The notes under the pieces are model-generated. The model did not search any database, was not told the DNA's origin, and saw nothing but the letters and a program-made list of their open reading frames with translations. Positions 1-9,379 of a DNA stretch of 40,000 bases are shown piece after piece. Position 1 is the stretch's first letter. The number at the start of each line of letters is the position of its first letter. This DNA comes from Rhodococcus sp. BP22 (lineage in GTDB: Bacteria; Actinomycetota; Actinomycetes; Mycobacteriales; Mycobacteriaceae): positions 140,113 through 180,112 of the forward strand of contig NZ_JACFTB010000006.1 of the NCBI RefSeq assembly GCF_014281965.1, written 5' to 3'. Position numbers and translations under genes: made by a program.

Positions 1-539
1 TCCGGGAGGCGCTACGGCAACTGGAAATGGAAGGGCTCGTCGAGGTCCTTCCGAACAAGGGTGCCCGGGTATACGAATGGACAGCCGACGATCTCGACGA
101 GATCTACGACCTGCGCATGACTCTGGAGGCGATGGCCGCGGCGCGCGCAGCCAAGCGCATCAGCGAGAAGGACGTCGACCGCCTGAGCGAGCTCTGCGAT
201 CTTATGGAGATCGCGGCGAGAGGCGGTGCAGCGCAACAACTCGACCTGATGGCCCAGCTGAACGACGAATTTCACTCCATCGTGCGCACCGCAGCAGCGA
301 GCACCCGACTGATGCCGATGCTCGGCGCGGTGGTCCAACTTCCTCTGGTGTTGCGCACCTTTCACCGCTTCGCACCAGCCGATCTCACCCGTAGCCACGC
401 GCACCATCGCGATCTCGTGGCAGCGCTGCGCGCCGGCGACGAAACGTGGGCCGACTCCGTCATGCGTGCACATGTGCGCGCCGCGAAACATGTTTTGTTG
501 CAGTCACTCGAGGCCGATGAAAGAAGGAACAGCAAATGA
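1..539 (+). CDS. GntR/FadR-family transcriptional regulator (5' end outside window)
   Basis: The frame is open from base 3. REALRQLEMEGLVEVLPNKGARV is the wing of a GntR winged HTH, and it is followed by an all-helical FCD-type effector domain. The stop overlaps the next start (ATGA at 536-539). Confidence 0.8.
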   Translation, partial: REALRQLEMEGLVEVLPNKGARVYEWTADDLDEIYDLRMTLEAMAAARAAKRISEKDVDRLSELCDLMEIAARGGAAQQLDLMAQLNDEFHSIVRTAAASTRLMPMLGAVVQLPLVLRTFHRFAPADLTRSHAHHRDLVAALRAGDETWADSVMRAHVRAAKHVLLQSLEADERRNSK

Positions 540-1741
540 GCAAGACACCCGCTGGACCACTGTCCGACCTGCGCGTGGTCGAAATGGGTCAACTTCTGGC
601 AGGCCCCTTCTGCGGACAGCTGCTCGCAGACTTCGGCGCCGAAGTGATCAAGCTGGAGCCACCAGGCACCGGTGACCCGATGCGTCAGTGGGGCCGAGAG
701 AAGTCGCACGGCAAGTCCCTTTGGTGGCCCGTCGTCGCGCGCAACAAGAAGTCGGTCACCTGCAACCTCCGCAGCGAGGAAGGGCAAGCGCTCGCACGCA
801 GAATCATCGCTGATGCCGACATCGTCGTCGAAAATTTCCGACCGGGCACGCTCGAGCGATGGGGGCTGGGATTCGAGGAGATGCGCAAGATCAATCCACG
901 ACTGATCATGGCCAGAGTCACCGGGTACGGCCAGAACGGGCCTTACGCCCCCCGGGCCGGCTTCGGTTCGATCGGCGAGGCCATGGGCGGAATCCGTTAC
1001 GTCACAGGCAATGCGGACATGCCACCGTCACGGAGCGGCATCTCGCTCGGCGACTCACTGGCGGCCGTCTTCGCGACCATCGGCGTCCTCACCGCGGTAC
1101 ATCACCGTGAGCGAACCGGGCGTGGGCAGCTAGTCGACTCTGCAATCTACGAAGCGGTGCTAGCGATGATGGAGTCATTGCTCCCGGAGTACGCGATCGG
1201 CGGTTACCAGCGAGAACGTACAGGTTCCGTGCTCCCCAACATCGCTCCGAGCAACGTGTACCCCACCAAGGGCGGGGAAATGATCCTCGTCGCGGCGAAC
1301 CAGGATTCAGTCTTCGGACGCCTGGCCACGGCGATGGATCGAACAGACCTGATCGACAATCCTCTGTATTGCGATCACGCTGCGCGAGGAGCGAACATGG
1401 TCGAGCTGGACGACATCATCGGGGCGTGGACGGCGACGCGAGGAACCGACGAGGTCCTCGACATCCTGCACGAGGCCGGAGTTCCCGCGGGTCGCATCTA
1501 CACCGCTCGTGACATGTTCGACGATCCGCATTTCAAGGCCCGCGAGGCCATCGTCCGGTTGGCGCATCCCGACTTCGGCGAGATTCCGATGGCCGGCGTC
1601 GTACCCAAACTCAGTGACAGCCCGGGCTCCGTCAACCACCCCGGACCCGAACTGGGAGAGCACAACTCCGAAATTTACGGACGTCTGCTCGGCATCTCCG
1701 AATCGGACCGGGTTGCGCTCGCCGAGCGCGGCATCATCTGA
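536..1741 (+). CDS. Family III CoA-transferase (CaiB/BaiF family)
   Basis: The 401-aa N-terminus LRVVEMGQLLAGPFCGQLLADFGAEVIKLEPPGTGDPMR and the later ENFRPGTLERWGL motif are typical of CaiB/BaiF/formyl-CoA-transferase-type enzymes. Confidence 0.85.
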   Translation: MSKTPAGPLSDLRVVEMGQLLAGPFCGQLLADFGAEVIKLEPPGTGDPMRQWGREKSHGKSLWWPVVARNKKSVTCNLRSEEGQALARRIIADADIVVENFRPGTLERWGLGFEEMRKINPRLIMARVTGYGQNGPYAPRAGFGSIGEAMGGIRYVTGNADMPPSRSGISLGDSLAAVFATIGVLTAVHHRERTGRGQLVDSAIYEAVLAMMESLLPEYAIGGYQRERTGSVLPNIAPSNVYPTKGGEMILVAANQDSVFGRLATAMDRTDLIDNPLYCDHAARGANMVELDDIIGAWTATRGTDEVLDILHEAGVPAGRIYTARDMFDDPHFKAREAIVRLAHPDFGEIPMAGVVPKLSDSPGSVNHPGPELGEHNSEIYGRLLGISESDRVALAERGII

Positions 1742-1790
1742 GCTCGACCACGCCCACCACCCACGCACCGCACATCACGGGAGAACACCT

Positions 1791-3845
1791 ATGCGCTATC
1801 GACTCGGCGTCGACGTCGGCGGGACATTCACCGACGTGTTGCTACTCGAGGAGACCACTGGAATCACCTACCGAGCCAAGACTCCGTCGACCCCTGCGGA
1901 TCAGTCCGTCGGAGTACTCAACGGTATCGCCAAGGTATGTTCCGAAGCTGATATCGAGCCTTCGGAGATCAGTCAGGTCCTGCACGGCACCACGGTTGCG
2001 ACCAACGCGATCCTGCAAGGGCGGGGTGCCCGCGTCGGGCTCGTCACCACCGACGGATTCCGGCAGGTTCTACAGATCGCGCGGTCCTACGTGCCTGGAG
2101 GCCTTGCGGGATGGATCATCTGGCCCAAACCTGAGCCGCTCGCAGCACTCGAGAACACCGTCGAGATCATCGGCCGCATCGGCGCGGATGGCGGTGAGAT
2201 CACACCTCTCGACGAGACGCAGGCGCGCGCACAACTCCAGCGTCTGGCTGGTTCCGGCATCGAAGCGTTGACCATCTCGCTGATCAATTCGTACGCGAAC
2301 GACGCACACGAGAAGCAGGTTGCGAAGTGGGCCGAAGTCGAACTCCCGGGCATCCCGATCTCCATCTCGAGCCATGTCCTGCCCGAAATGCGTGAGTATG
2401 AGCGAACACTCACCACGGTCGCCAATAGCTACGTGCAACCCGAGGTCTCGCGCTACGTACGGAACCTCGACACATCGTTGCAAAACAAGGGCATCACCGC
2501 TCCGCTGTCGATCCTGCGTAGCGACGGCGGGTTGGTGCAATCGGCGAAAGCCGCCGAAGCCCCGGTCTCCCTGTTGTTGTCGGGCCCCGCAGGCGGAGTC
2601 ACGGGAGCAGTCTGGTTCGCCGAGCAGGCCGGATTCTCGAACTTCCTCACATTCGACATGGGTGGCACATCCACGGACGTTGCCTTGGTGCTCGACGGTG
2701 AACCACGCATCGGACGCGAAACCAAGGTTGGTGACCTCGCCGTTCGCGCAACCAGTGTGGACGTCCGGACCGTGGGCGCCGGCGGTGGCTCCATCGCACA
2801 TGTGCCGGAGTTGACGCGCGCACTTCGCGTGGGCCCGCAGTCCGCCGGCGCCGATCCAGGACCGGCTGCGTACGGCCAGGGCGGAACGGACCCCACCGTC
2901 ACCGATGCGAACGTGGTGTTGGGATATCTACCGACCGCCTTGGCCGGCGGCGAGGTCGAACTCGACGTCGAGGCAAGCCGGAAAGCAGTTGCCACCATTG
3001 CCGATGCCATCGGCCTCGGCAGCCCCGAGGAGGCAGCGTCGGGCATCGTCGATATCGTCAACGAGAACATGTTCGGCGCACTGCGACTGGTGAGTGTGCA
3101 GCAAGGATTCGATCCCCGCGAATTCGCGCTCGTCTCGTTCGGTGGCGCGGGACCACTCCACGCCAACGCCCTCGGCCGCCTCACCGGATCGTGGCCGGTG
3201 ATCGTGCCTCCGTCTCCCGGAGTGTTGTGCGCATACGGTGACGCCACCACCTGTCTTCGTGACGAGAGTGCACGCACAATGATTCGGGCGTTCTCCGCCA
3301 TCGACAATGACGAATTACGCACTGCCCTTGCCGAATTGGCTGAATCGGCTGCCGCACGATTGAAGACGGAGGGAGTTGCCCCGGAACAACAGACGGCAAA
3401 ATACCAAGTCGACCTCCGCTATCAGGGACAGGGGTTCGAGATTCCTGTCGATCTGGACCCGGCAGCACTTCAGTCCGGTGATCTGTTGTCGACGCTGGGA
3501 ATCGCCTTCGACGACGAGCACCAGCGTCTGTTCTCGTTCTTGCTCGAGAACGAACGCGAGGTGATCAACCTCCGCGTCACCGTCAGCGGGCCGCGACCCG
3601 ACGTAGCATTCCAGGCACTCGAAACCGGAGACGAGGATCCGTCCGCGGCTCTGGTATCGACGAACGAGGTGTGGATGGACGGAAAATACTGCTCGGCCGG
3701 CATCTACGACCGTTCAAAGTTGCTGGCGGGCAACATCGTGACCGGCCCGGCGGTCATTACAGAGATGGACTCGACGACGTTGGTGCTCTCCGGACACGCC
3801 GCGAGGGTGCATTCAAGTGCTTGCCTGTTGATCGATCCCGTCTGA
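1791..3845 (+). CDS. hyuA: Hydantoinase/oxoprolinase family, A (beta) subunit
   Basis: The protein starts MRYRLGVDVGGTFTDVLLLEE, an ASKHA-fold ATPase N-terminus typical of HyuA. It also carries LTFDMGGTSTDVAL and VGAGGGSIA motifs. The ORF-track extension back to 1509 overlaps the CoA-transferase gene and is not protein-like, so I place the start at the ATG at 1791. Confidence 0.9.
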   Translation: MRYRLGVDVGGTFTDVLLLEETTGITYRAKTPSTPADQSVGVLNGIAKVCSEADIEPSEISQVLHGTTVATNAILQGRGARVGLVTTDGFRQVLQIARSYVPGGLAGWIIWPKPEPLAALENTVEIIGRIGADGGEITPLDETQARAQLQRLAGSGIEALTISLINSYANDAHEKQVAKWAEVELPGIPISISSHVLPEMREYERTLTTVANSYVQPEVSRYVRNLDTSLQNKGITAPLSILRSDGGLVQSAKAAEAPVSLLLSGPAGGVTGAVWFAEQAGFSNFLTFDMGGTSTDVALVLDGEPRIGRETKVGDLAVRATSVDVRTVGAGGGSIAHVPELTRALRVGPQSAGADPGPAAYGQGGTDPTVTDANVVLGYLPTALAGGEVELDVEASRKAVATIADAIGLGSPEEAASGIVDIVNENMFGALRLVSVQQGFDPREFALVSFGGAGPLHANALGRLTGSWPVIVPPSPGVLCAYGDATTCLRDESARTMIRAFSAIDNDELRTALAELAESAAARLKTEGVAPEQQTAKYQVDLRYQGQGFEIPVDLDPAALQSGDLLSTLGIAFDDEHQRLFSFLLENEREVINLRVTVSGPRPDVAFQALETGDEDPSAALVSTNEVWMDGKYCSAGIYDRSKLLAGNIVTGPAVITEMDSTTLVLSGHAARVHSSACLLIDPV

Positions 3846-3897
3846 TCGGCGCCGAACACCGAAACCTTCCTCGCACAACTCGATTTCAGGAGAACTG

Positions 3898-5787
3898 ATG
3901 GCAACGATCATCGAGACCTCGGAAACACCGTTCACCACGGTTCCGGTCGACCCGATCACGCTCGACATCATCGAGAACGCCCTACGCAACGCCCGAGCCG
4001 AGATGGACGAGGTGCTCTTCCGCACCGCACTGTCGCCCGGCATCCGCGAACAGCACGACGAATTCCCCCTCATCGCCGATCCAAAAGGAAAGATGGTGGT
4101 TGGTCAGTTCGGTCTGTCCGTCCCCGACTTCCTCGACAACTACAACGGAACCGTCGGCGAGGGCGACATTCTTCTGACCTCCGACCCCTACGCCTGTGGT
4201 GCCGCTATCAGTCATGCCAACGACTGGCTCATCGTCCTGCCGATCTTCCACAGCGGTCGCGTCGTCGGGTGGTCGTCGATGTTCGGTCATATGGCCGACG
4301 TCGGTGGCAAGACCCCTTCCTCCATGCCCACCGACGCGCACACCATCTTCGAGGAGGGCGTCATCATCCCGCCCTTCAAGCTCTACAGCGAAGGGCAGCT
4401 GAACAAAACTGCGCTCGACATCATTCTCAATCAGGTCCGCAAGCCCGACTGGAACCGCGCGGACCTGAACGGTTTGGTGGCGGCGTGCACCACTGCGTCG
4501 CGGCGCATCGTCGAACTGTGCGACCGCTTCGGTGTCGACGTCTACCTGTCGGCACTCGACGCGTTGCTCGAGCGGAACTACCAGGCGATGAAGGTCCTGT
4601 TGGCGGTATTGTTCGTCGACGGTGAGACGATCGAGTTCAGCGACTTCATCTGCGACGACGGATGTGGTTACGGCCCCTACGAACTCACGATCACGTTGAC
4701 GCGGCACGGCGAGAAGATCCACCTCGATTTCAGTAAGGCTGCGCCGCAGGCGGTCGGCCCGATCAACTACTTCATCAACGAGAATCTGGTCCGGATGTTC
4801 TTCGGCATCTACGTCATCACGGTCGCCGATCCACAAATTCTGTGGAACGACGGGTTCTATCCGCTGATCGACGTGACCATCCCGGAGGACTCGTTCTGGA
4901 AACCGCGCTATCCCGCTGCACTCAACGGCCGCAACCATGGAATCGGCCGCGTCTTCGATCTCTTCGGTGGACTGTTGGGCAAGAACAATCCCGAAATCCT
5001 CAATGCCGCGGGCTTCTCGTCGTCGCCGCACTTCATGTACTCCGGACATTACGACGGAGGATCACGTGACGGTGAGTGGTTCCAGCTGTACTCCATCGGA
5101 TTCGGCGGCATTCCCGGTCGACCGATGGGCGACGGGCCCGACGGGCATTCGCTGTGGCCGTCGTTCGTGAACATCCCGTGCGAGTACCTCGAGTCGTACT
5201 ACCCATTGCGCATCGAGCGCTGGGAGACGGTAATCGACACCGGCGGAGCAGGATTGCACCGCGGCGGCAACGGTGTCGACGTCGCCTACTACTTCGAGGA
5301 GCCGGGAACGATCGCCATTCACGACGATCGCTGGCTCACCTACCCGTGGGGTGTGAACGGGGGCAAACCCGGTGCGCGCGGAAAGAAGTGGCTTATCCGA
5401 GCGTCGGGCGAGATCGAGATACTGCCCAGCAAGATCCACGACGTGGAGGTCGCACGTGGCGACGTTCTGCACTTCGTCACCTGGGGCGGCGGCGGCTGGG
5501 GAGACCCGTTCGCTCGCGACCCCGAGTTGGTCGGTCTCGAAGTTCAGCGCGGCCTCGTCAGCACCGAAGGAGCTCGTACCGGGTACGGAATCGTCTGCGA
5601 CGCAGAGGGTTCAGTGGACTCCGATGCATCGACCATCCTTCGCGAGAAGATGGTGTCCGAACGCGGCGAGATCCAAGTTTTCGACAAGGGTCCATCCATC
5701 GAGGTACTACTCGAACGGTGCGAAGAGGAGACAGGACTGCCGGCACCTCGCCCGCCGGTGAACGTGCGTAAAGCCGTGCGCGCATGA
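3898..5787 (+). CDS. hyuB: Hydantoinase B/oxoprolinase family subunit
   Basis: This 629-aa protein begins VDPITLDIIENALRNARAEMDEVLFRTALSPGIRE and ends with the GGGGWGDP motif, both typical of HyuB. It follows hyuA directly. Confidence 0.9.
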   Translation: MATIIETSETPFTTVPVDPITLDIIENALRNARAEMDEVLFRTALSPGIREQHDEFPLIADPKGKMVVGQFGLSVPDFLDNYNGTVGEGDILLTSDPYACGAAISHANDWLIVLPIFHSGRVVGWSSMFGHMADVGGKTPSSMPTDAHTIFEEGVIIPPFKLYSEGQLNKTALDIILNQVRKPDWNRADLNGLVAACTTASRRIVELCDRFGVDVYLSALDALLERNYQAMKVLLAVLFVDGETIEFSDFICDDGCGYGPYELTITLTRHGEKIHLDFSKAAPQAVGPINYFINENLVRMFFGIYVITVADPQILWNDGFYPLIDVTIPEDSFWKPRYPAALNGRNHGIGRVFDLFGGLLGKNNPEILNAAGFSSSPHFMYSGHYDGGSRDGEWFQLYSIGFGGIPGRPMGDGPDGHSLWPSFVNIPCEYLESYYPLRIERWETVIDTGGAGLHRGGNGVDVAYYFEEPGTIAIHDDRWLTYPWGVNGGKPGARGKKWLIRASGEIEILPSKIHDVEVARGDVLHFVTWGGGGWGDPFARDPELVGLEVQRGLVSTEGARTGYGIVCDAEGSVDSDASTILREKMVSERGEIQVFDKGPSIEVLLERCEEETGLPAPRPPVNVRKAVRA

Positions 5788-6404
5788 ACGATGCCCTCAG
5801 TTCGTATCGGCAGTCGGGGTTCGCCGGCGACCTGGGGCCGGGGCGCAGTGCCGCAGTGCTGGTCGTCGACATCGTCCAGGCATACCTCGTCGACGGGTCG
5901 CCTCTCCGCGCGCCCGTCGAGGCTGCCGTGAGCGCCGCCGCAGCTCTGGTCGCGGCGGCGAGGGACGCCGGGGTCCCCGTCGTCTTCACACGGGTCAGCT
6001 ATCAGCCCGGTGGTCTCGACGGCGGCTTGTTCATGCACAAGATTCCCGCTCTGACAGTGTTCGAGGAGGGCTCTGCACTCGGCGACTTTCCGCCCGATCC
6101 GCGGCCTCTCGAGGGTGAGACTGTGGTGACGAAGCAGTACGCGAGCGCATTCTTCGGTACCTCACTCGCCGCGACGCTCACCGCACGCGGGATCGACACG
6201 CTCTACATCTGCGGGTTGACCACCAGTGGATGCATCCGCGCGAGCGCCACCGACGCTCTGCAACATGGCTTTCGGCCGTTGGTGGTTTCCGACGCCTGCG
6301 GCGATCGCGAGATCGGAATGCACGAGTCGAACCTGCTCGATCTGCAGGCCAAGTACGCAGACGTCCTCACCCTGGCTGAGGCACAGGAGCTACTCGGACG
6401 GTAG
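5784..6404 (+). CDS. Isochorismatase-family cysteine hydrolase (amidase, N-carbamoylsarcosine-amidase-like)
   Basis: The 206-aa protein has AVLVVDIVQAY (Asp), a mid-protein K(QY), and the CGLTTSGCIRASATDA nucleophile-Cys segment of isochorismatase-like hydrolases. An ATGA overlap joins it to hyuB. Confidence 0.8.
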   Translation: MNDALSSYRQSGFAGDLGPGRSAAVLVVDIVQAYLVDGSPLRAPVEAAVSAAAALVAAARDAGVPVVFTRVSYQPGGLDGGLFMHKIPALTVFEEGSALGDFPPDPRPLEGETVVTKQYASAFFGTSLAATLTARGIDTLYICGLTTSGCIRASATDALQHGFRPLVVSDACGDREIGMHESNLLDLQAKYADVLTLAEAQELLGR

Positions 6405-6520
6405 TTGTCGGCGACGGACAGAGTCCAGGTTGATTTAGCGAAAGAAAGGCCAGATAAAGTGCCGGCGTAGCCTTTACACCCAACCACGCGGACTTTGACA
6501 ACGAGTCGCATTCGCTGTGA

Positions 6521-6546
6521 ACCGCAGATCCAGGAAGGTCTGCGGT
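6521..6546. terminator. GC-rich hairpin (8-bp stem) between the catabolic operon and the displaced tRNA 3' half
   Basis: accgcaga-N10-tctgcggt. It lies downstream of the isochorismatase-like gene on the + strand, and about 30 nt past the displaced tRNA 3' end on the - strand. There is no clear U-tract. Confidence 0.3.
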
Positions 6547-6574
6547 GCACAATTGTGGATCCAAGCCGCCTCGA

Positions 6575-6612
6575 GTGCCCCCAGTCGGACTCGAACCGAC
6601 ACTTGACGGATT
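6575..6612. repeat. att-type direct repeat, left copy (displaced 3' half of the tRNA, discriminator side to anticodon loop)
   Basis: gtgcccccagtcggactcgaaccgacacttgacggatt is identical at 38/38 positions to 26864-26901. The sequence diverges immediately outside on both sides. Confidence 0.95.
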
Positions 6613-7300
6613 CATGCGTAACCACCAGCACACCCTTTTTGCCGCGTTCTCAGGCGTAAAGCCGATCGTCGGTTGCTTAGCGCCTAAGGCCGTTTGAAGC
6701 CCTGTTACAGTCGAAATAGCTTGCACACCAGTATGTGTAGATCTATCGCGAAAAGACGCGTCAGAGCTGTTCTGCGTTGCACCAGTGGCTATGCCAGCGA
6801 GCTTTGTCTGTTCGACAGTCGTGTAATCGTTTGTACTCAGCCCTTTGCCGGCCACCTTGTCGACCTTCGTGGCGTTGATCGCCCCCTGGGCAGTTGAGAC
6901 CGGTTCACCGGCATCCGACGTGTTATCCACATTCCCTAGGCCAATCTGACCCTTGGTGACTTAGTGCGGGTTATCTGTTGCAGACGTGTGGATAACTAGT
7001 GCCGCCTGTGCAGAACTCGCTATGGATGCGTCCTGTGCGTCGACGTACGACCTGTCGGCCTTGGCATCAATAGCATCTTCGATGTCAGTCAGCGTCTTCG
7101 CCGTGACCCTGCCATCACCTTCCATCCTGCAGCAACCTGCATCGGCGTACTGCACTCATGGGCACGGGTGATGGTCAGTAGGTTGCCGTCGAGCTACGGA
7201 GGTAGCCAATTTCGGCATTGTCATGGGTAGGCAGCTCAACAGCGTCAGAGAACACCGTCACCGGCATGTTCGGCTGGAAGCGTGTGCCATCACCGGGCAT
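6613..7300 (-). pseudogene. Phage minor-tail/tail-fibre-like gene, broken by two frameshifts and an in-frame TAA, 3' end cut at the island border
   Basis: Minus-strand pieces, each in a different frame:
- MPGDGTRFQPNMPVTVFSD...NAEIGYLRS
- LDGNLLTITRAHECSTPMQVAAGW
- GRVTAKTLTDIEDAIDAK...HTSATDNPH, then TAA at 6961-6963, then VTKGQIGLGNVDNTSDAGEPVSTAQ...GLSTNDYTTVEQTKLAGI

The motifs NPH-VTK-GLGNVDNTSD-KPVS and GLSxNDYT-KL-GI are recurrent in actinophage tail fibres. No native stop occurs before the att repeat. Confidence 0.6.
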
Positions 7301-7569
7301 CAGCGTAAAGCTCTCCCCCGTTGTCGAGGGGGATGTGGGATCTGGACTGTGCCGATCAAGAGATTTACGTGAGAGTCAAACGATGCCATCTATCACTAAT
7401 AAAACACATTACGACTGTCGACACCAGATGCCATTCTATCGCAGCAGATCAAACTCAGTCATGAGGACAAAGCGAGCCAGAGCAAACGATATGCCCACTA
7501 GTGCGGTCTCAATTAGCGCTGCGGTGTAAACCCACCGCCTGCAATTGCAACTATCGAAAAAGATCCAAT

Positions 7570-8019
7570 CTACCCGAACAGCCCGACCGCAACCGTAATG
7601 TAAGCAGCGCGCCGGTCCTGGTACGATTCTAGGTTTCTCGCTTTTCGTGTAGCCCCCTTTATCTGATAAAACGGGACAACAATGTACTGGACTTCCAACT
7701 CGTCCCCTGAGTTTAGACAGTCCGCGGTTACGCTCGGTTGAATATCAGGCGTCGTGGCCGCCGATACTATCTGCTTCATGTCCCCCTTTTGTCCAACTTT
7801 GATATGCAATACGTTTCGCAGCTCGAACATCGTGTCGCCGTCGGCCTTCGCGCCTGTCTCAACCATCCGCTTAGCAACGTGAGGGTGGCAATCGTCGAAG
7901 TAAGCGGCAATCGCTTGCTCTAATTCGAACGTTGCCTTGAATCTTAAAGGGCGCCCGCCCGCCTGCATGTTTAATTTCTCAGTTATTTGATCTGCAATAT
8001 AAGCATCTATTGATGGCAC
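7570..8019 (-). CDS. Hypothetical protein; N-terminus resembles a phage terminase small subunit / DNA-packaging HTH
   Basis: 149 aa encoded in AT-rich DNA. GGRPLRFKATFELEQAIAAYFDDC matches the GRPxxF...EL...I..YFxxC opening of many TerS proteins. The remainder of the protein is unrecognised. Confidence 0.45.
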   Translation of the reverse strand: MPSIDAYIADQITEKLNMQAGGRPLRFKATFELEQAIAAYFDDCHPHVAKRMVETGAKADGDTMFELRNVLHIKVGQKGDMKQIVSAATTPDIQPSVTADCLNSGDELEVQYIVVPFYQIKGATRKARNLESYQDRRAAYITVAVGLFG

Positions 8020-8042
8020 AAACGCATGATTTTGTACAGAGT

Positions 8043-8516
8043 TTAGTTCAGCATGTACTCGTACTGAGGACAGTAAGCGTTGACCGCAGCACCGATTGTG
8101 TAGCTCGCTTGATCAGTCGTTAGTCCCGATCCTGTACCCGCTGCCTGGTAACGCCGAATATCGACGCCTGAATCTAGGCCATCGCAGATCCCGTGAGCGA
8201 CAGTCAAGGCGTCGGCTTCCTCCCCCACAGGGACACCGCCCAGTCTGAGGTTGGTCAAGTAAACCTCGTCAGGATTGTAGTCGACACCAGGAACCATGTC
8301 TTCCGGATTCATGGGTGCAGGTGGCGCCGGCACAATATCGATCGACTCACTTGGCCACGACCTGCTGGCTGTCGGCGAATCGGACGACGCGTTGTCCTGG
8401 CCCTCACCTCCCGAGCATGCCTGAACAATCGCAAAGATGATCAAACCGATGATGCACACCACGATCAAGACCGGCTTGAAGTTCAAGTTCTCCGCGGCGT
8501 TGCTCTTGTTTGCCAT
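8043..8516 (-). CDS. Membrane-anchored DUF732-like protein
   Basis: 157 aa with an N-terminal TM helix (PVLIVVCIIGLIIFAIV) and a low-complexity linker. The C-terminal segment YLTNLRLGGV...ALTVAHGICDGLDSG...YTIGAAVNAYCPQY fits the DUF732 pattern, which has two conserved Cys. Confidence 0.6.
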   Translation of the reverse strand: MANKSNAAENLNFKPVLIVVCIIGLIIFAIVQACSGGEGQDNASSDSPTASRSWPSESIDIVPAPPAPMNPEDMVPGVDYNPDEVYLTNLRLGGVPVGEEADALTVAHGICDGLDSGVDIRRYQAAGTGSGLTTDQASYTIGAAVNAYCPQYEYMLN

Positions 8517-8774
8517 TGGTTCTCCTAAATCGGTGAGTTACTATGCCGATCGCGAGAACAGTCGAAAACGTTACTTTTCTATTGTATAAACATCACGAAT
8601 GTGTTATATTAATAATCCAAATATGATAGTAAACTACAACACATACATTAACCTCAGATAAACCCTTGATTCCTTATTAAGTTGTCATAAATTGCCATGA
8701 GACATTCGAGTTGTAAAGTCAATAATATTTTTCGAAATGCAATCGAGTTATTCACAGATTCTGCACTTAAATGA

Positions 8775-9290
8775 CTAGTAATTGATATAGCTTCTGTTGC
8801 CACCGCCACGGTCTTTGCGATTGAGTATCGCAACAACTGACTTCACGTCAGGGAGCACGGTCTGGATACGTTCTCTAAGTTCGGTCTCACTTGCGATCGT
8901 CTTGCGCTCGGTAGTTTGCTCCGGATACTTGTGTCCAGAGGCGACATCGAACCATGCGTTGCTTACGTGGAATGTGCTGTCACCAAGGCTCGCCACTTTG
9001 ACCCTCAACTCGCCATCGCTCAGACGCTTAGCCATCGGTTTCAGGGAAGTCGAGCATTGTTCGATGACGTCGGGCACCTCTGGATTCGAGTGGCTACCTC
9101 GTTTGATGGACTCGACGGACTTTTCCATCACCGCCTTTAGCTCTTCAATTTTAGTTCTCAACTCGTCCTCCAGCTCACGCTGACGCGCCCTCACAGGTGC
9201 TTTGTGTGCGAACCAGAGGTTATAAAGGCCTAAAAGTAGCGACGCGACTGCGACAATGCCGACCAATACCTGCGTGCCAAATGGTGTCAT
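8775..9290 (-). CDS. Hypothetical membrane-anchored coiled-coil protein
   Basis: 171 aa with an N-terminal TM helix (VLVGIVAVASLLLGLYNLWF) followed by a charged helical segment. I recognise no family. Confidence 0.5.
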   Translation of the reverse strand: MTPFGTQVLVGIVAVASLLLGLYNLWFAHKAPVRARQRELEDELRTKIEELKAVMEKSVESIKRGSHSNPEVPDVIEQCSTSLKPMAKRLSDGELRVKVASLGDSTFHVSNAWFDVASGHKYPEQTTERKTIASETELRERIQTVLPDVKSVVAILNRKDRGGGNRSYINY

Positions 9291-9379
9291 GGGTAGATCT
9301 TAAGTTCTCCCGTACGACGGTTCACCGTATGCCGTAACCACCGTTCATCTGATTGAATGACCGGACTACGCCGCACCTG

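Noticed and set aside
1509-1790. N-terminal extension of the hyuA track ORF (778 aa, starting at 1509).
   Set aside because: It overlaps the 3' end of the CoA-transferase gene in another frame and reads as low-complexity Pro/Ser/Arg sequence. The canonical HyuA N-terminus MRYRLGVDVGGTFTD starts at 1791. The same reasoning trims 22314-22439 (mcrB), 28060-28215 (ppx), 28596-28715 (DUF501) and 31783-32523 (efeO).
3982-5049. 355-aa ORF antisense to hyuB. Similar long antisense or off-frame ORFs occur elsewhere: 36708..38021 inside mfd, 32335..33591 and 31622..32515 inside efeO/efeU, 27149..28168 inside ppx, 29500..30249 inside eno, and 2453..3322 inside hyuA.
   Set aside because: These are typical shadow ORFs of high-GC coding DNA. 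They are Arg/Ala/Gly/Pro-rich, have no recognisable motifs, and are fully embedded in genes that carry unambiguous family signatures on the other strand or frame.
6367-6612. Continuation of the 187-aa minus-strand ORF (6367..6930) across the att repeat and into the chromosomal flank.
   Set aside because: The tail-fibre-like sequence stops being recognisable near the island border. The remainder is read-through over the tRNA fragment and terminator hairpin, and it overlaps the end of the isochorismatase-like gene. It is not a real C-terminus.
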